Of a DNA stretch of 64,000 bases, positions 18,534 to 28,732 are shown piece after piece (position 1 is the first letter of the stretch; each line of letters begins with the position of its first letter). Location: IMG/VR virus record IMGVR_UViG_3300009161_006655. The stretch is one strand, 5' to 3'. Source of the stretch: an uncultured virus (IMG/VR IMGVR_UViG_3300009161_006655) (lineage: Duplodnaviria; Heunggongvirae; Uroviricota; Caudoviricetes). Both the position numbers and the translations under genes were made by a program. The notes beneath the pieces were generated by a model, which worked only from the letters and a program-made list of their open reading frames with translations, did not search any database and was not told the DNA's origin.

Positions 18534-18860
18534 ATGAACGAAATCAGAATAACACATTTAAAACCAAACTCTCAAAAAACTGAAGCTTGGGTAGCTTTAC
18601 TTGAAGGTGAAGTTGTTGGCCATATTTATATGGAAAAAGAAATAGGCAATAAGATTAAATTCTTAGATGCTTGGGTTCACGATGATCACAGAAGAAAAGG
18701 AATATTTAGAATGTTATGGGACACTAGATGGGATTATGTTTCAGAACAATATTCTGGTTATTTAGTTTACGCTTGGTGTAAAGAAAATTCACTTCCTCTT
18801 TTAAAAGAGAAAGGATTTGAATTAGGTGAGATATGTACCTATGTAGAAAAAGTTATTTAA
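18534..18860 (+). CDS. GNAT family acetyltransferase
   Basis: VHDDHRRKGIF acetyl-CoA motif and KGF. Confidence 0.85.
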   Translation: MNEIRITHLKPNSQKTEAWVALLEGEVVGHIYMEKEIGNKIKFLDAWVHDDHRRKGIFRMLWDTRWDYVSEQYSGYLVYAWCKENSLPLLKEKGFELGEICTYVEKVI

Positions 18861-18946
18861 TTTTTCTTATGTTTTATTGCTAAAATTAAAATTATCAAAC
18901 AGATAATAATTGGTACACAAAAAGCTAAAACTATTTTTGATTCCAT
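18857..18946 (-). CDS. 29-aa single-TM peptide
   Basis: MESKIVLAFCVPIIICLIILILAIKHKKN; TAATATATA upstream. Confidence 0.35.
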   Translation of the reverse strand: MESKIVLAFCVPIIICLIILILAIKHKKN

Positions 18947-18968
18947 AACTGTGTTTTACTTTTATATA

Positions 18969-19370
18969 TTAGTTATTAAATTCTGACTTCTTACTATCAC
19001 CATTTTTTTTCAAATAACTAACGACACATTTAGCAGTTGAATAGTTTGTCGCCAATGGTACATCATGTACATTACACAATCTCATTAACATCTGAACATC
19101 AACTTCATGTGGGTGTGAAAATAAAGGATCGATAAAGAAAAGAACTGCGTCTATATTTCCTTCTACCAACTTAGCCGCAATTTGAGCATCACCTCCCATT
19201 GGACCTGATAGTAAACAATTTACATGTAAACCAGCATTTTCAATGTGATTACCGGTTGTTCCGGTTGCGTATAAGAAAACATCTTCTCTTTTGAAGAACT
19301 CCATTCTTTTCATTACAAAAGCTACCATATCGGCTTTTTTATTATCGTGTGCTACAATTGCTATATTCAT
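18969..19370 (-). CDS. mgsA: methylglyoxal synthase
   Basis: IAIVAHDNKK, ATGTTG, SGPMGGDAQI, FFIDP, HEVD. Confidence 0.93.
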   Translation of the reverse strand: MNIAIVAHDNKKADMVAFVMKRMEFFKREDVFLYATGTTGNHIENAGLHVNCLLSGPMGGDAQIAAKLVEGNIDAVLFFIDPLFSHPHEVDVQMLMRLCNVHDVPLATNYSTAKCVVSYLKKNGDSKKSEFNN

Positions 19371-19567
19371 AAGTAATTATTTTATATTAACATATACAAT
19401 AAGTTTAAAAAAACACATCAGTTGATGTGTTTTTTATTTTAAATAATTTTTTATTTTATCTAGAAATCCTATATTGGTTCAGGGATATCAAGACATCCGT
19501 CATTTATAAAGCCATTTTTTTCAATTTTTGATTTAATATATAATAAAAAATAAGATTAACCACTACT

Positions 19568-21472
19568 ATGAAAATTTTTAAATTAATAAGCAGCATTGCG
19601 TTGCTTTTGGCGGTATCACTACCGGCTTTTTCACAAACGGCCCCACCAGCACCATCGTCTGGAATCTGGGCAATTATCGATACTAACTACACAGTTGGTA
19701 CAAGTACACTAAATGTTACTAAAGCAAGACTTACTCTTCAGAACACAACAACTAACAAAACAACCGGTGTTCAGTTTAGAGTATTTTATGACAAAGTAGC
19801 ATTCTCTTCTGCGTCAGTCGCTTTAGTAGGATCATCAACAAACCTTTATCTACAATCAGTAGATAACAACACAAATGGTTATGTTACTATTACACTTGTT
19901 TACACAGGTTCAAGTAATACCTACTCATTAGCAAATGGTGAGACATTTGAAATTACCTTTGGACACGTTACGTCTACGGTCTTTCAAGCGTTAACATCAA
20001 TCACAGCATTGTCTTGGTCAGGTGCTTATCCTTACTCACAAGTTGCCGCTGAGCAACCAGGTAACGATATCGCTTTATCATTACATAGTTATGGAGGTAT
20101 TTTTTACTTACCTCACTTACAGTACCATGGTACATTTACAAACGTAACTGGATCGGGTGCTAAAAACTTAACTTTGGCTTTACAGAAAAAACCTAAAACA
20201 GGTTCTACTTGGTCACAAGTTAATACTTACACAACAAACATCAACGGTAAATTTTCTTTCAATGAGATATTAGACACAACTTACTTTGATGTAAGATTAG
20301 CGGTTCAAGGTGATACGATGGGTGTAGGTAACGTAATTTCTGTTGCCGATGCACAACAAATCAACCAGTGGACAATCGGTGGTGCTACACCAGCTGGTTG
20401 GGACTTTTATCACGCAGATGTAAATGGTGACAATAGTGTTTCTATATCAGATGCTTATGGTGTATTTGGTAGAATCGCTGGTCGTTTCGCAGTTTGGCCA
20501 AACTCAGTTAAAGATGTTAAATTCTTTACAGCTTCAGAGTATACAACTGTAGTAGGATCACCAACAACAAATATGACCGGTACAATTACTGGTAATACAA
20601 ACTTTACATTTAATATCTTACCAGGTCAACCTGATTCGGTAACATTCTATGTAATGGTACCTGGAGATGCTAATAGCACTGGTTATCATATGGCTCGTTT
20701 AACACCAATTGAAATATTGAATCCAACAAATGCTCCTAATCACTTAATTGACGAAGCAGTTGAATATGATTTCGTTGCTCCAACAATCGAGATAAACGTT
20801 CCTAGTCTAACTGTAGATGAGGGTAACTTAGTAAAACTTCCTGTTAAAGTATTCACAGGTAGTAATAAAATAGGCGCTTTACAATTAGCTCTTAAATTTG
20901 ATGGAGAATTATTAGAATTCAAACAAGTTCTAAATAGTGCGAAAGCAATGAACTGGATGTCTTTTGTTAATTCAATGGATTCAGTTATTGAATGGGGTGG
21001 ATATGATAGAACTAATGGTGAGAATTTATTCATCGATGGTGAAACAGTATTCACATTAACATTCTTAGCTAAAAAACCACAAGGTGAGTGGGCACAATCA
21101 CCATTATACACAACAAGAAAATTTGTTGGAGCTGAAGACGCTGGTGATATGAATTGTATTCCCACAAACGGTCTTTACCAGGTTAAAATGGTTAGAGGTA
21201 TAACATTAAAAGAAAGTGAAATTCTAGTTTACCCTAATCCAACAACAGGTGAAGTTACAATTAAGTTTAACGTTCCAGTAGATGGAAATGTTAGTCTATC
21301 ATTTGTTGATGTTAATGGTAGAGTAGTAACAAATATATTAAACGAGTATATGCCAAGTGGTAACTATACTTACAGAGCTAGTTTAAGTGGTTTCGCACCA
21401 GGTAGTTATTATACAACAATGACATCAAGTACTGCGATTTCGGTTAACAAAACGATTTTAATTAATCAATAA
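19568..21472 (+). CDS. T9SS type A cargo with cohesin-like and dockerin-like domains
   Basis: Signal peptide; two cohesin-like sandwiches; DVNGDNSVSISD EF-hand; C-terminal VYPNP...G.Y...K CTD. Confidence 0.8.
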   Translation: MKIFKLISSIALLLAVSLPAFSQTAPPAPSSGIWAIIDTNYTVGTSTLNVTKARLTLQNTTTNKTTGVQFRVFYDKVAFSSASVALVGSSTNLYLQSVDNNTNGYVTITLVYTGSSNTYSLANGETFEITFGHVTSTVFQALTSITALSWSGAYPYSQVAAEQPGNDIALSLHSYGGIFYLPHLQYHGTFTNVTGSGAKNLTLALQKKPKTGSTWSQVNTYTTNINGKFSFNEILDTTYFDVRLAVQGDTMGVGNVISVADAQQINQWTIGGATPAGWDFYHADVNGDNSVSISDAYGVFGRIAGRFAVWPNSVKDVKFFTASEYTTVVGSPTTNMTGTITGNTNFTFNILPGQPDSVTFYVMVPGDANSTGYHMARLTPIEILNPTNAPNHLIDEAVEYDFVAPTIEINVPSLTVDEGNLVKLPVKVFTGSNKIGALQLALKFDGELLEFKQVLNSAKAMNWMSFVNSMDSVIEWGGYDRTNGENLFIDGETVFTLTFLAKKPQGEWAQSPLYTTRKFVGAEDAGDMNCIPTNGLYQVKMVRGITLKESEILVYPNPTTGEVTIKFNVPVDGNVSLSFVDVNGRVVTNILNEYMPSGNYTYRASLSGFAPGSYYTTMTSSTAISVNKTILINQ

Positions 21473-21480
21473 TAAATTCC

Positions 21481-21520
21481 TAACCAACTTCTCAGGAATG
21501 GGTAGATGGTTAGCTAAAAA
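21481..21520 (+). promoter_or_regulatory. conserved intergenic RNA hairpin, copy 1
   Basis: TAACCA-ACTTCTCAGGAATGGGTAG-ATGGTTAGCTAAAAA; repeated at 21889 with compensatory stem changes. Confidence 0.6.
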
Positions 21521-21543
21521 ATAAAAAATAAAACAATAACAAA

Positions 21544-21882
21544 ATGGCAAAGAAAAAAGTAGAAGAAGTAGAAGAACAAGAATCATCTTGGTCTGGTCTT
21601 AAAAAAACTTTAATCGGAACATTAACAACAGTTATTTTAGGTGGTGGTACTTATCTAACAACAACTTTGTTTGGTGGACACGAAGATAAGGAAGAAACAA
21701 AAACAGAACAAGTTCAACAAGCACCGGCTGCGGCTCCAGTTGTGATTAACTTATCAAACAACAATGAGCAAAAACAACAAAACAATGGTGGTACTAACAC
21801 TATTATCAAAGAAAGAGTTGTTGAAAAAGCGGTTGAAAAGAAAGAAGAAAAGAAAAAGGACGAAACTGATTCTCCTTGGTAA
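21544..21882 (+). CDS. single-TM membrane protein
   Basis: TM segment at about aa 22-44. Confidence 0.7.
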   Translation: MAKKKVEEVEEQESSWSGLKKTLIGTLTTVILGGGTYLTTTLFGGHEDKEETKTEQVQQAPAAAPVVINLSNNNEQKQQNNGGTNTIIKERVVEKAVEKKEEKKKDETDSPW

Positions 21883-21888
21883 TATCTT

Positions 21889-21928
21889 TAATTGACTTCT
21901 CAGGAATGGGTAGTCAATTAGCTAAAAA
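21889..21928 (+). promoter_or_regulatory. conserved intergenic RNA hairpin, copy 2
   Basis: TAATTGACT-TCTCAGGAATGGGT-AGTCAATTA-GCTAAAAA. Confidence 0.6.
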
Positions 21929-21947
21929 TAAAAAATAAATTAAAATT

Positions 21948-22610
21948 ATGGGACTAGGTAAATTCTTTAGTAGTAAAACAGATTATGTAAAAGTGGAGGA
22001 CAAAAATAGATTCTACTACATGCTTCAACAAATGCAAGCAAACAGATGGAGAATCACAGCAATCGTATTAGGATTGTTTACATTAATTATTGTGGGTATA
22101 AATGCTGGTGTATTCTTAGGTAAAACTATTGGTGAGGATTGGAAAGAGATGTTATTAATTCTATTAGGTGCTTTTGTTGGTAACTTAAATAAAGTTGTTG
22201 ATTATTGGTTCAATTCTGAAGACAGAGATAAAATGTTAATTCAAAAAGTTGACGAAGAAGATGGTACTACACTTTCTAATGTTGGTGAATATCCTGACGA
22301 ACCTAAGAAAGAAACTGTTATGCCAGACTACACATCTTCTATGAAAAAAAAAGCTGAACCAGTAGCAGTTTACACACCAGTTGTTGAATCACCTGTAGTT
22401 GAAGAAGTTATTGAGACTCCAGTATTTGAGAAAGTTGAAGTTGATGAAGATGGAGATGGCGTTAATGATGGATATGATACTGATGGAGATGGTGACATCG
22501 ATGAGTATTTCGAACACAGAAATTGCCAACACACTTGGGGAGATGCTGATGGTGATGGATTTGAAGAATGTCAAATCTGTGGATTATTAAGAAGTGAATC
22601 AGGAGAATAA
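21948..22610 (+). CDS. two-TM membrane protein with acidic DxDGDG Ca-binding-like repeats
   Basis: Two TM helices, VVDYWFNS, DEDGDG/DTDGDG/DADGDG, terminal CxxC. Confidence 0.65.
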   Translation: MGLGKFFSSKTDYVKVEDKNRFYYMLQQMQANRWRITAIVLGLFTLIIVGINAGVFLGKTIGEDWKEMLLILLGAFVGNLNKVVDYWFNSEDRDKMLIQKVDEEDGTTLSNVGEYPDEPKKETVMPDYTSSMKKKAEPVAVYTPVVESPVVEEVIETPVFEKVEVDEDGDGVNDGYDTDGDGDIDEYFEHRNCQHTWGDADGDGFEECQICGLLRSESGE

Positions 22611-22631
22611 ATTATAAAAATAAAAATTAAG

Positions 22632-23363
22632 ATGAAACCACTACAAACTCTAATATCAATATTTGCCTTTGTTTTTTGTTTAGTTCAATCAGCTAACGCA
22701 CAAATAGGTACAATAAAAACGGAAGAATATAAAGCTTCTTTTGAAAAAACACAATCTATTGATAGTGTGTCAGATTACACCGATACGATTAAAGTTCCTA
22801 TTCAATTATTAAAAATTGGATTTACACAAGAATTATATGAAATGTATCCAGAGCTTAAAGAGAAAAGAGTTGGTTTAGGCGTTACAAACATTGTTATTGA
22901 ATTTTTAGAAATAACTAACCGATTTGTTTTCACTGAAGATAAATTAGAAATCAAAGAAAGAATGGTTTCTCAATTCAAAGCTTCTGATAAAGGATTTACT
23001 GAAAATAAAGTAGATGGTAGAGGTAAAATTAAACTCGCTAAATACTTTGTTTATATTGAAGTTTATGACTTCTCTGTATCTGAAGATGAGGTTGTTAAAG
23101 TTAATGGACAATCAAAAACAACACAAACTACTAGATTGGGTTTACAAGTTAAATTTGTAGATGCTGAGACTGGTGAAGTTATTGTTGGATCTGGTTTAGG
23201 TGAGGCATCAACTATTAAGACTGTTTCTATTTTAGATGGAATTGACGAAGATGGTGTGAAATTTAATCAATCTACAATTGGTATTACGACTAAAAAAGCT
23301 TTAGAAACGGCAAGTTCAAGAATAGTTACTAGGCTTATAAAAAAGGGTATTTTTAAATCGTAA
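22632..23363 (+). CDS. CsgG/HfaB-like secreted protein
   Basis: Signal peptide; GLGVTNIVIEFL..TNRF, YDFS, VKFVDAETGEVI. Confidence 0.65.
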   Translation: MKPLQTLISIFAFVFCLVQSANAQIGTIKTEEYKASFEKTQSIDSVSDYTDTIKVPIQLLKIGFTQELYEMYPELKEKRVGLGVTNIVIEFLEITNRFVFTEDKLEIKERMVSQFKASDKGFTENKVDGRGKIKLAKYFVYIEVYDFSVSEDEVVKVNGQSKTTQTTRLGLQVKFVDAETGEVIVGSGLGEASTIKTVSILDGIDEDGVKFNQSTIGITTKKALETASSRIVTRLIKKGIFKS

Positions 23364-25511
23364 ATGTATGTCAAGAATCTTATATTCGCAATCTTATTAT
23401 TTATTCTACCGACCCTAGTAAAGGCACAGTCTTATGCTTATTCATATGTTGATCCTTGTACTGGTATTTTAAAAACTATTAATGTGCCAACTAATGGTGT
23501 TACTGTTACTTATTTTGGACAGATGAGCACTTTTAGTCCAGCTGATTTTAATAACGGCAATTTCAACAACTGGGCCAATGGTGTTTATAGTTCATTTGGT
23601 GGTAATAATCCTTGTGGATCTACTATAGGTATTAGTACTAGTATAAATATGGCTCAGAATACCGCTATGAACGTATTAGGTATTATGAACACGCTAGATG
23701 CTTTAAGTAGTATATCTGGTGGTGGATTGAACACAAATGGTGTTACTGAGAGTAGTAAAACCGAAAGTAAATCATCTAAGAAAAATAATAAAAAGAATAA
23801 CTCTGACGGATCAACTACCGGTGGAACAACCGGTGGATCGACAACAACTGGTGTGACAACTGAAGGAAGTGGATCTACAACCGGTGGAACAACTGGTTCA
23901 AATACTGGTTCAAGTGGATCGACAACAACTGAAGGATCAACTACTGGTTCAAGTGGATCTACTACTGGATCAAATGGATCGACAACTGGTGGATCAACTA
24001 CTGGATCAAACGGATCAACAACAACTGGTGGATCAACTACTGGATCAACTACTGGATCAAACGGATCAACAACAACTGGTGGATCAACTACTGGATCAAC
24101 AACTGGTGGATCAACTACTGGATCAAACGGATCAACAACAACTGGTGGATCAACAACTGGATCAACAACTGGTGGATCAACTACTGGATCAACAAATGGA
24201 TCGACAACAACTGGCGGAACAACTAGTGGATCAAACGGATCAACTACAACTGGCGGAACAACTAGTGGATCAAACGGATCAACTACAACTGGTGGATCAA
24301 CTAGTGGATCAAACGGATCAACTACAACTGGTGGATCAACTACTGGATCAAACGGATCAACTACAACTGGTGGATCAACTACTGGATCAAACGGATCAAC
24401 AACAACTGGTGGATCAACTACTGGATCAAACGGATCAACAACAACTGGTGGATCAACTACAACTGGTGGATCAACTACAACTGGTGGATCAACTACAACT
24501 GGTGGATCAACTACAACTGGTGGATCAACTACTGAAGGGTCAAATGGAACAACTACATCAGGTGGATCAACAACATCGGAAGGTTCTACTGGAGGATCAA
24601 CTACATCAGGTGGATCAACAACATCGGAAGGTTCTACTGGAGGATCAACTACAAATGGTGGAACAGGAAACGGATCAGGAAGTGGATCAACTACAAATGG
24701 TGGATCTGGAAATGGATCAACACCAAATAACAACTCAACTGGATCGGATGCTGCTACAAGTGAAGAGAAAAAGTCATCTAATATATTAGGTGGATCTATT
24801 GGGTCTATTCAAAATGCAACAAGTACTAGTACAACAAGTTCTAAAGGCGGTGGTAGTTCTCCTACGAAAGGCAATGCTCCTACAATTGTTTTAAGTTCTG
24901 ACTTTGCTGGATTTAACTTTAAGAGTGGTGATGCAACTTATGGTGGTAAAGGAACTGCTGGTTGGACATCTCTTAACTGGGATGGTACTAGATCTCACGG
25001 GTTTATGTTAGATTATACATCAGCAAATAAAGGACCTAACCTCACAGCTTTTTATGCTTCAATTAAGAAAAGAAGAATTGATTTAATATCAGTTACAGGA
25101 ACAACAAGTTTTTATGGTAAAGGTTCTTTATATGGAACATTTGCTCTTGGTCAAATGTGGAGTTTCCCTAAAGTTAAAAATCTAAAAGCTATTTATATGG
25201 CTACATCATCATATGGTAATGTTTACGGTACTAAATTTATTGGAACAGCTTTCATTGCTGGTGGTATGTATGACTTTAAGGTTGGTAAAAGAACTCAAAT
25301 TAAACTTACGAATTTATTTATATACGCTCCTTACATTAGCTATTACAATGACATGGTTTTAAAATCCCCATATGTCATCATGCCTATTATCGGTACAAAC
25401 ATAGGTGTAACAAAAAAATTCAAACTAAACGTGAACTTAGGTGGAACATACGCCTTAGGTGAGAATGTTCTTAACTTCACGGTTATGATGGGAACAAGAT
25501 TTGCATTATGA
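23364..25511 (+). CDS. secreted protein with long Gly/Ser/Thr repeat stalk and C-terminal outer-membrane beta-barrel-like region
   Basis: Signal peptide; about 300 aa of GSTT/GSNG repeats; amphipathic strands ending GTRFAL. Confidence 0.7.
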   Translation: MYVKNLIFAILLFILPTLVKAQSYAYSYVDPCTGILKTINVPTNGVTVTYFGQMSTFSPADFNNGNFNNWANGVYSSFGGNNPCGSTIGISTSINMAQNTAMNVLGIMNTLDALSSISGGGLNTNGVTESSKTESKSSKKNNKKNNSDGSTTGGTTGGSTTTGVTTEGSGSTTGGTTGSNTGSSGSTTTEGSTTGSSGSTTGSNGSTTGGSTTGSNGSTTTGGSTTGSTTGSNGSTTTGGSTTGSTTGGSTTGSNGSTTTGGSTTGSTTGGSTTGSTNGSTTTGGTTSGSNGSTTTGGTTSGSNGSTTTGGSTSGSNGSTTTGGSTTGSNGSTTTGGSTTGSNGSTTTGGSTTGSNGSTTTGGSTTTGGSTTTGGSTTTGGSTTTGGSTTEGSNGTTTSGGSTTSEGSTGGSTTSGGSTTSEGSTGGSTTNGGTGNGSGSGSTTNGGSGNGSTPNNNSTGSDAATSEEKKSSNILGGSIGSIQNATSTSTTSSKGGGSSPTKGNAPTIVLSSDFAGFNFKSGDATYGGKGTAGWTSLNWDGTRSHGFMLDYTSANKGPNLTAFYASIKKRRIDLISVTGTTSFYGKGSLYGTFALGQMWSFPKVKNLKAIYMATSSYGNVYGTKFIGTAFIAGGMYDFKVGKRTQIKLTNLFIYAPYISYYNDMVLKSPYVIMPIIGTNIGVTKKFKLNVNLGGTYALGENVLNFTVMMGTRFAL
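23808..24725 (+). repeat. coding tandem repeats (ggatcaac(a/t)ac / ggtggatca units)
   Basis: Dozens of imperfect 12-33 bp units. Confidence 0.9.
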
Positions 25512-27796
25512 GAAAATTAATATCACTATTACTAACAACATTATTGTTTTTAATTCCAAACTTAGTATCAGCACAAGCCACTTCAATATCAATGGTTGGT
25601 ACATCATCAACATTAAGTGCTACTTATAACACAGCAACTGTTGTTGATCCAAACCTTACAATTACTTCCAATGGTACAATAACAAACTTCCGTGTTCAGA
25701 TATCACAGACATATACATCGGGTGATGTTTTAGATTTCACAGGAACATTAAGTGGTGTTACTGGTTCTTTTAACACAACAACAGGTGTTTTAGTATTTAC
25801 TGGGTCAGCAACTGCTGCTAATTGGCAAACACTTTTAAGAACTGTAAGATTCAAATCTACAACTTCAACTTGTTATGCAAATCAAAGAAGAGTAACTTTT
25901 ACAGCTGGTTCTGTTTATTACAATCCTTTAACATCTCACTTTTATGAATATGTTTCAGGTAGTACATCATGGACTAATGCGTATAATGTATCAACTGCAA
26001 AATCATATTTTGGAAGAGCTGGTTATTTAGCAACTATTTTATCTTCAGCAGAAAATAACTTTATTTGGAAGTTAATGTCAAGTGATGCTTGGATGGGTGC
26101 TTCTGATGATTTTAATTATATTAATACGTCAAAAGGAACTACATTCTACGCTTCACAAGCAGCGGCTGAAGGAAAATGGCATTGGGTTACTGGTCCAGAA
26201 AAAGGACAAAACTTTACAAACAATAATAACTCACCAGTTACAGTATCTGGTATGTATGGAAACTGGGCTGGTGGTGAACCAAATGGCACATCTGAATATT
26301 ACGGTCAGTTTTATTCATCAAATGGTGGTATGTGGAATGACTTAGCAAACTCAACATTAGGCGGATATATTTGTGAATATGGTGATATGCCAGGTGATTT
26401 AACAACAAGTGTTCCAATTTCAACTAGAAACATTACAATATCAAATGGATCTAGTGGGTATATAACGGGAGGTGATATAAATGTGTGCTCTGGTTCAAAT
26501 AGCACAACACTTACTTTAAATGGATTAACAGGATCTGTAGTTAGGTGGGAATCTTCTTTTGATAACTTCTTTACAGCAGGTACTACAATATCAAGCATAT
26601 CTACTAGTATAGTAGTTACTAACTTAACCAGAACAACTTATTATAGAGCTATTGTTAATTCATCATCACCAGTTAGTTGTTCTAACCTAGCGTCATCAAG
26701 TGTCTTTTTATCTGTTAAGCCAACTATGTCTGGTTCTATATTTGCTGAAAATAACTCAGTTTGTTCAGGTGGTATTGTTGAACTTACTTTATCTGGTCAA
26801 CAAGGTAATGTAAATAAATGGCAAAAATCAACTGATAATGTAAACTGGACTGATATAAGTAATACAACAACTTCATTATCAGAAACTCTTAGTGGATCAG
26901 GTAATGTTTATTATCGTGTTGAAGTTCAAACACCAAGTTGTGGTGCTGCTGTATATTCTTCATCTAAGCTAATTACTATAACATCCGGAACTCCTCCAAC
27001 TGGTGGTTCTGTTTCATCAGCCGTTCATGCAACTACAACAAACTCAGGCACATTAACATTAAGTGGTTACACAGGAACGGTTGTCAAATGGCAAAGATCT
27101 ACAAATAGTGGTGTAACTTGGACTGATATTGTAAATACATCAACTACATATAATTACTCAAATCAAACAGATGGTACTTTATTCAGAGCTCAATTAACTA
27201 GTGGAACTTGTGGTAATGCTTATTCACAACCAGGTATGATTGTAGTAGCTCCCTTTGCTTATTCTGGTTACATATATAATTCAGATGGGTTTGGTGTTTC
27301 TGGTTTACCGGTTAAATTTTATTATAAACTTAAAACACAATCAACATATAGTTTAGTTAGTACATTCACAACTGATGCTAGTGGTAAATATACAATAACT
27401 TCAAGTCTTAGTGTTAATCTAAATGATTTTAGAGTTATTGTTGACAATTTATCAGTGGCTGCTCCAACTACAATTGATGCTCAGTATTTTAATCAAAAAG
27501 TTTTATCACAAACATTCAATGCTAAAGATTATTACAGAATGGATGCTAATGGTAATAGTAATTTAACAATTACTGATGTTTATCAAATTTATTATAAATT
27601 AGCGGGTGGTATTGCAAATTGGCAATTCTCTGTACCTACTTATAGATTATTTACTACATCACAATGGTCTACTATAAACACATCAAGTGTTAATTTAACT
27701 TCTACTATAAGCGGCACTCAATCAATTACTCTTGATTCTTTGATATCTAATGATACAACAAACTTATACTTAATTAGAACAGGATATCGACAATAA
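25508..27796 (+). CDS. secreted adhesin: C-type lectin-like, Ig-like repeats and dockerin-like C-terminus
   Basis: GYLATI..AEN, WMG, EGKWHW, WAGGEPN, WND, YICEY; WQ.STD repeats; DANGNSNLTITD. Confidence 0.8.
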   Translation: MRKLISLLLTTLLFLIPNLVSAQATSISMVGTSSTLSATYNTATVVDPNLTITSNGTITNFRVQISQTYTSGDVLDFTGTLSGVTGSFNTTTGVLVFTGSATAANWQTLLRTVRFKSTTSTCYANQRRVTFTAGSVYYNPLTSHFYEYVSGSTSWTNAYNVSTAKSYFGRAGYLATILSSAENNFIWKLMSSDAWMGASDDFNYINTSKGTTFYASQAAAEGKWHWVTGPEKGQNFTNNNNSPVTVSGMYGNWAGGEPNGTSEYYGQFYSSNGGMWNDLANSTLGGYICEYGDMPGDLTTSVPISTRNITISNGSSGYITGGDINVCSGSNSTTLTLNGLTGSVVRWESSFDNFFTAGTTISSISTSIVVTNLTRTTYYRAIVNSSSPVSCSNLASSSVFLSVKPTMSGSIFAENNSVCSGGIVELTLSGQQGNVNKWQKSTDNVNWTDISNTTTSLSETLSGSGNVYYRVEVQTPSCGAAVYSSSKLITITSGTPPTGGSVSSAVHATTTNSGTLTLSGYTGTVVKWQRSTNSGVTWTDIVNTSTTYNYSNQTDGTLFRAQLTSGTCGNAYSQPGMIVVAPFAYSGYIYNSDGFGVSGLPVKFYYKLKTQSTYSLVSTFTTDASGKYTITSSLSVNLNDFRVIVDNLSVAAPTTIDAQYFNQKVLSQTFNAKDYYRMDANGNSNLTITDVYQIYYKLAGGIANWQFSVPTYRLFTTSQWSTINTSSVNLTSTISGTQSITLDSLISNDTTNLYLIRTGYRQ

Positions 27797-27813
27797 AAAA
27801 TAATATATAAACT

Positions 27814-28269
27814 ATGAAAAATTTACTATTAACATTAATATTTTTATTTCCTATTTTGACATTTGCACAACAAAATTGTGTAGTTGTTGATTCCGTATAT
27901 TCTACTTGTAAAGCAAAAGACTTAGGTAGAAGAGATATCAGATTTGGTATCAAACAAATTGTAGAAGACGAGATGTCCAATAAATACTGTTTATCAGATT
28001 CTGGTGAATCAGTTAAAGTAGAAATATTTTACTTTGGAACTCCTAAGACATCACTTAGAGTAATGGGTGTTGAAAAAACAAATCAACTAACTCAAGTTGG
28101 TGTTAGGGTTTATTACAAAGATCAAAAATATGAAGGCGTCGGAGAATCAGAAGTTGAAGTAAGAGCAGTTCTAATTGAACTTGTAGATGGTAAAGTACCA
28201 TTTAGTCAAACCGCTGTTTCCTCTGCCATCAAGAAAGGAATAATAATATGCGTATCAAAAATGCCTTAA
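27814..28269 (+). CDS. secreted protein, possibly a short CsgG-like fold
   Basis: Signal peptide; GVGES...FSQTAVSSAIKK parallels GLGEA...FNQSTIGITTKK in the 22632 protein. Confidence 0.5.
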   Translation: MKNLLLTLIFLFPILTFAQQNCVVVDSVYSTCKAKDLGRRDIRFGIKQIVEDEMSNKYCLSDSGESVKVEIFYFGTPKTSLRVMGVEKTNQLTQVGVRVYYKDQKYEGVGESEVEVRAVLIELVDGKVPFSQTAVSSAIKKGIIICVSKMP

Positions 28270-28700
28270 TAACAATTGCATTGTTATTAACAACAACAGT
28301 GTTCTCACAGATTCAAATAGATGACGTTGGAGATGGTTGGAAACTAAAAGTAGACTCAGCTCTCACTTTGATAAAAAAGACCAGTCCAGGTCATTACAAA
28401 GAGGTCTCTGAGTATTGTAATCACATTACATATTGGATGGGTAGTTTTTCAACTACACAAGATTCTTCAACTGTTGTAATATCTGTTAAAGATATGAAAA
28501 TAGGATCGGTTAATAATATAGCTTGTATCATAGTTCATGAGTCACATCATTTACTTCTTCGAAAGAAACATATAAAATTAGAACCTAAAAAAGAAGAGTT
28601 AGAATGTTATGAATATGAATATACTTTTCTTCAGATGGTGTCAAATGCTGAAGACTGGTTAACAATTCATGTTATTAAAAACATTATCAATAATAAATAA
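28248..28700 (+). CDS. secreted zincin-like metallopeptidase
   Basis: Signal peptide; IVHESHH (HExxH) and downstream EE. Confidence 0.65.
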   Translation: MRIKNALITIALLLTTTVFSQIQIDDVGDGWKLKVDSALTLIKKTSPGHYKEVSEYCNHITYWMGSFSTTQDSSTVVISVKDMKIGSVNNIACIIVHESHHLLLRKKHIKLEPKKEELECYEYEYTFLQMVSNAEDWLTIHVIKNIINNK

Positions 28701-28732
28701 AGAAACCCACCTAATTGGTGGGTTTCTTTTTT
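28700..28732. terminator. bidirectional intrinsic terminator
   Basis: aagaaacccacc-taatt-ggtgggtttctttt. Confidence 0.8.

Noticed and set aside
21481..21928. CsrA/RsmA binding sites (GGA in a hairpin loop)
   Set aside because: The loop resembles them, but CsrA is not a typical Bacteroidota regulator and none is encoded in this window; kept as an unassigned motif.
23654..24789. 359-aa antisense and 306-aa alternate-frame ORFs; CRISPR-like array
   Set aside because: These are shadows of the G/S/T coding repeat; there are no unique spacers and no cas genes.
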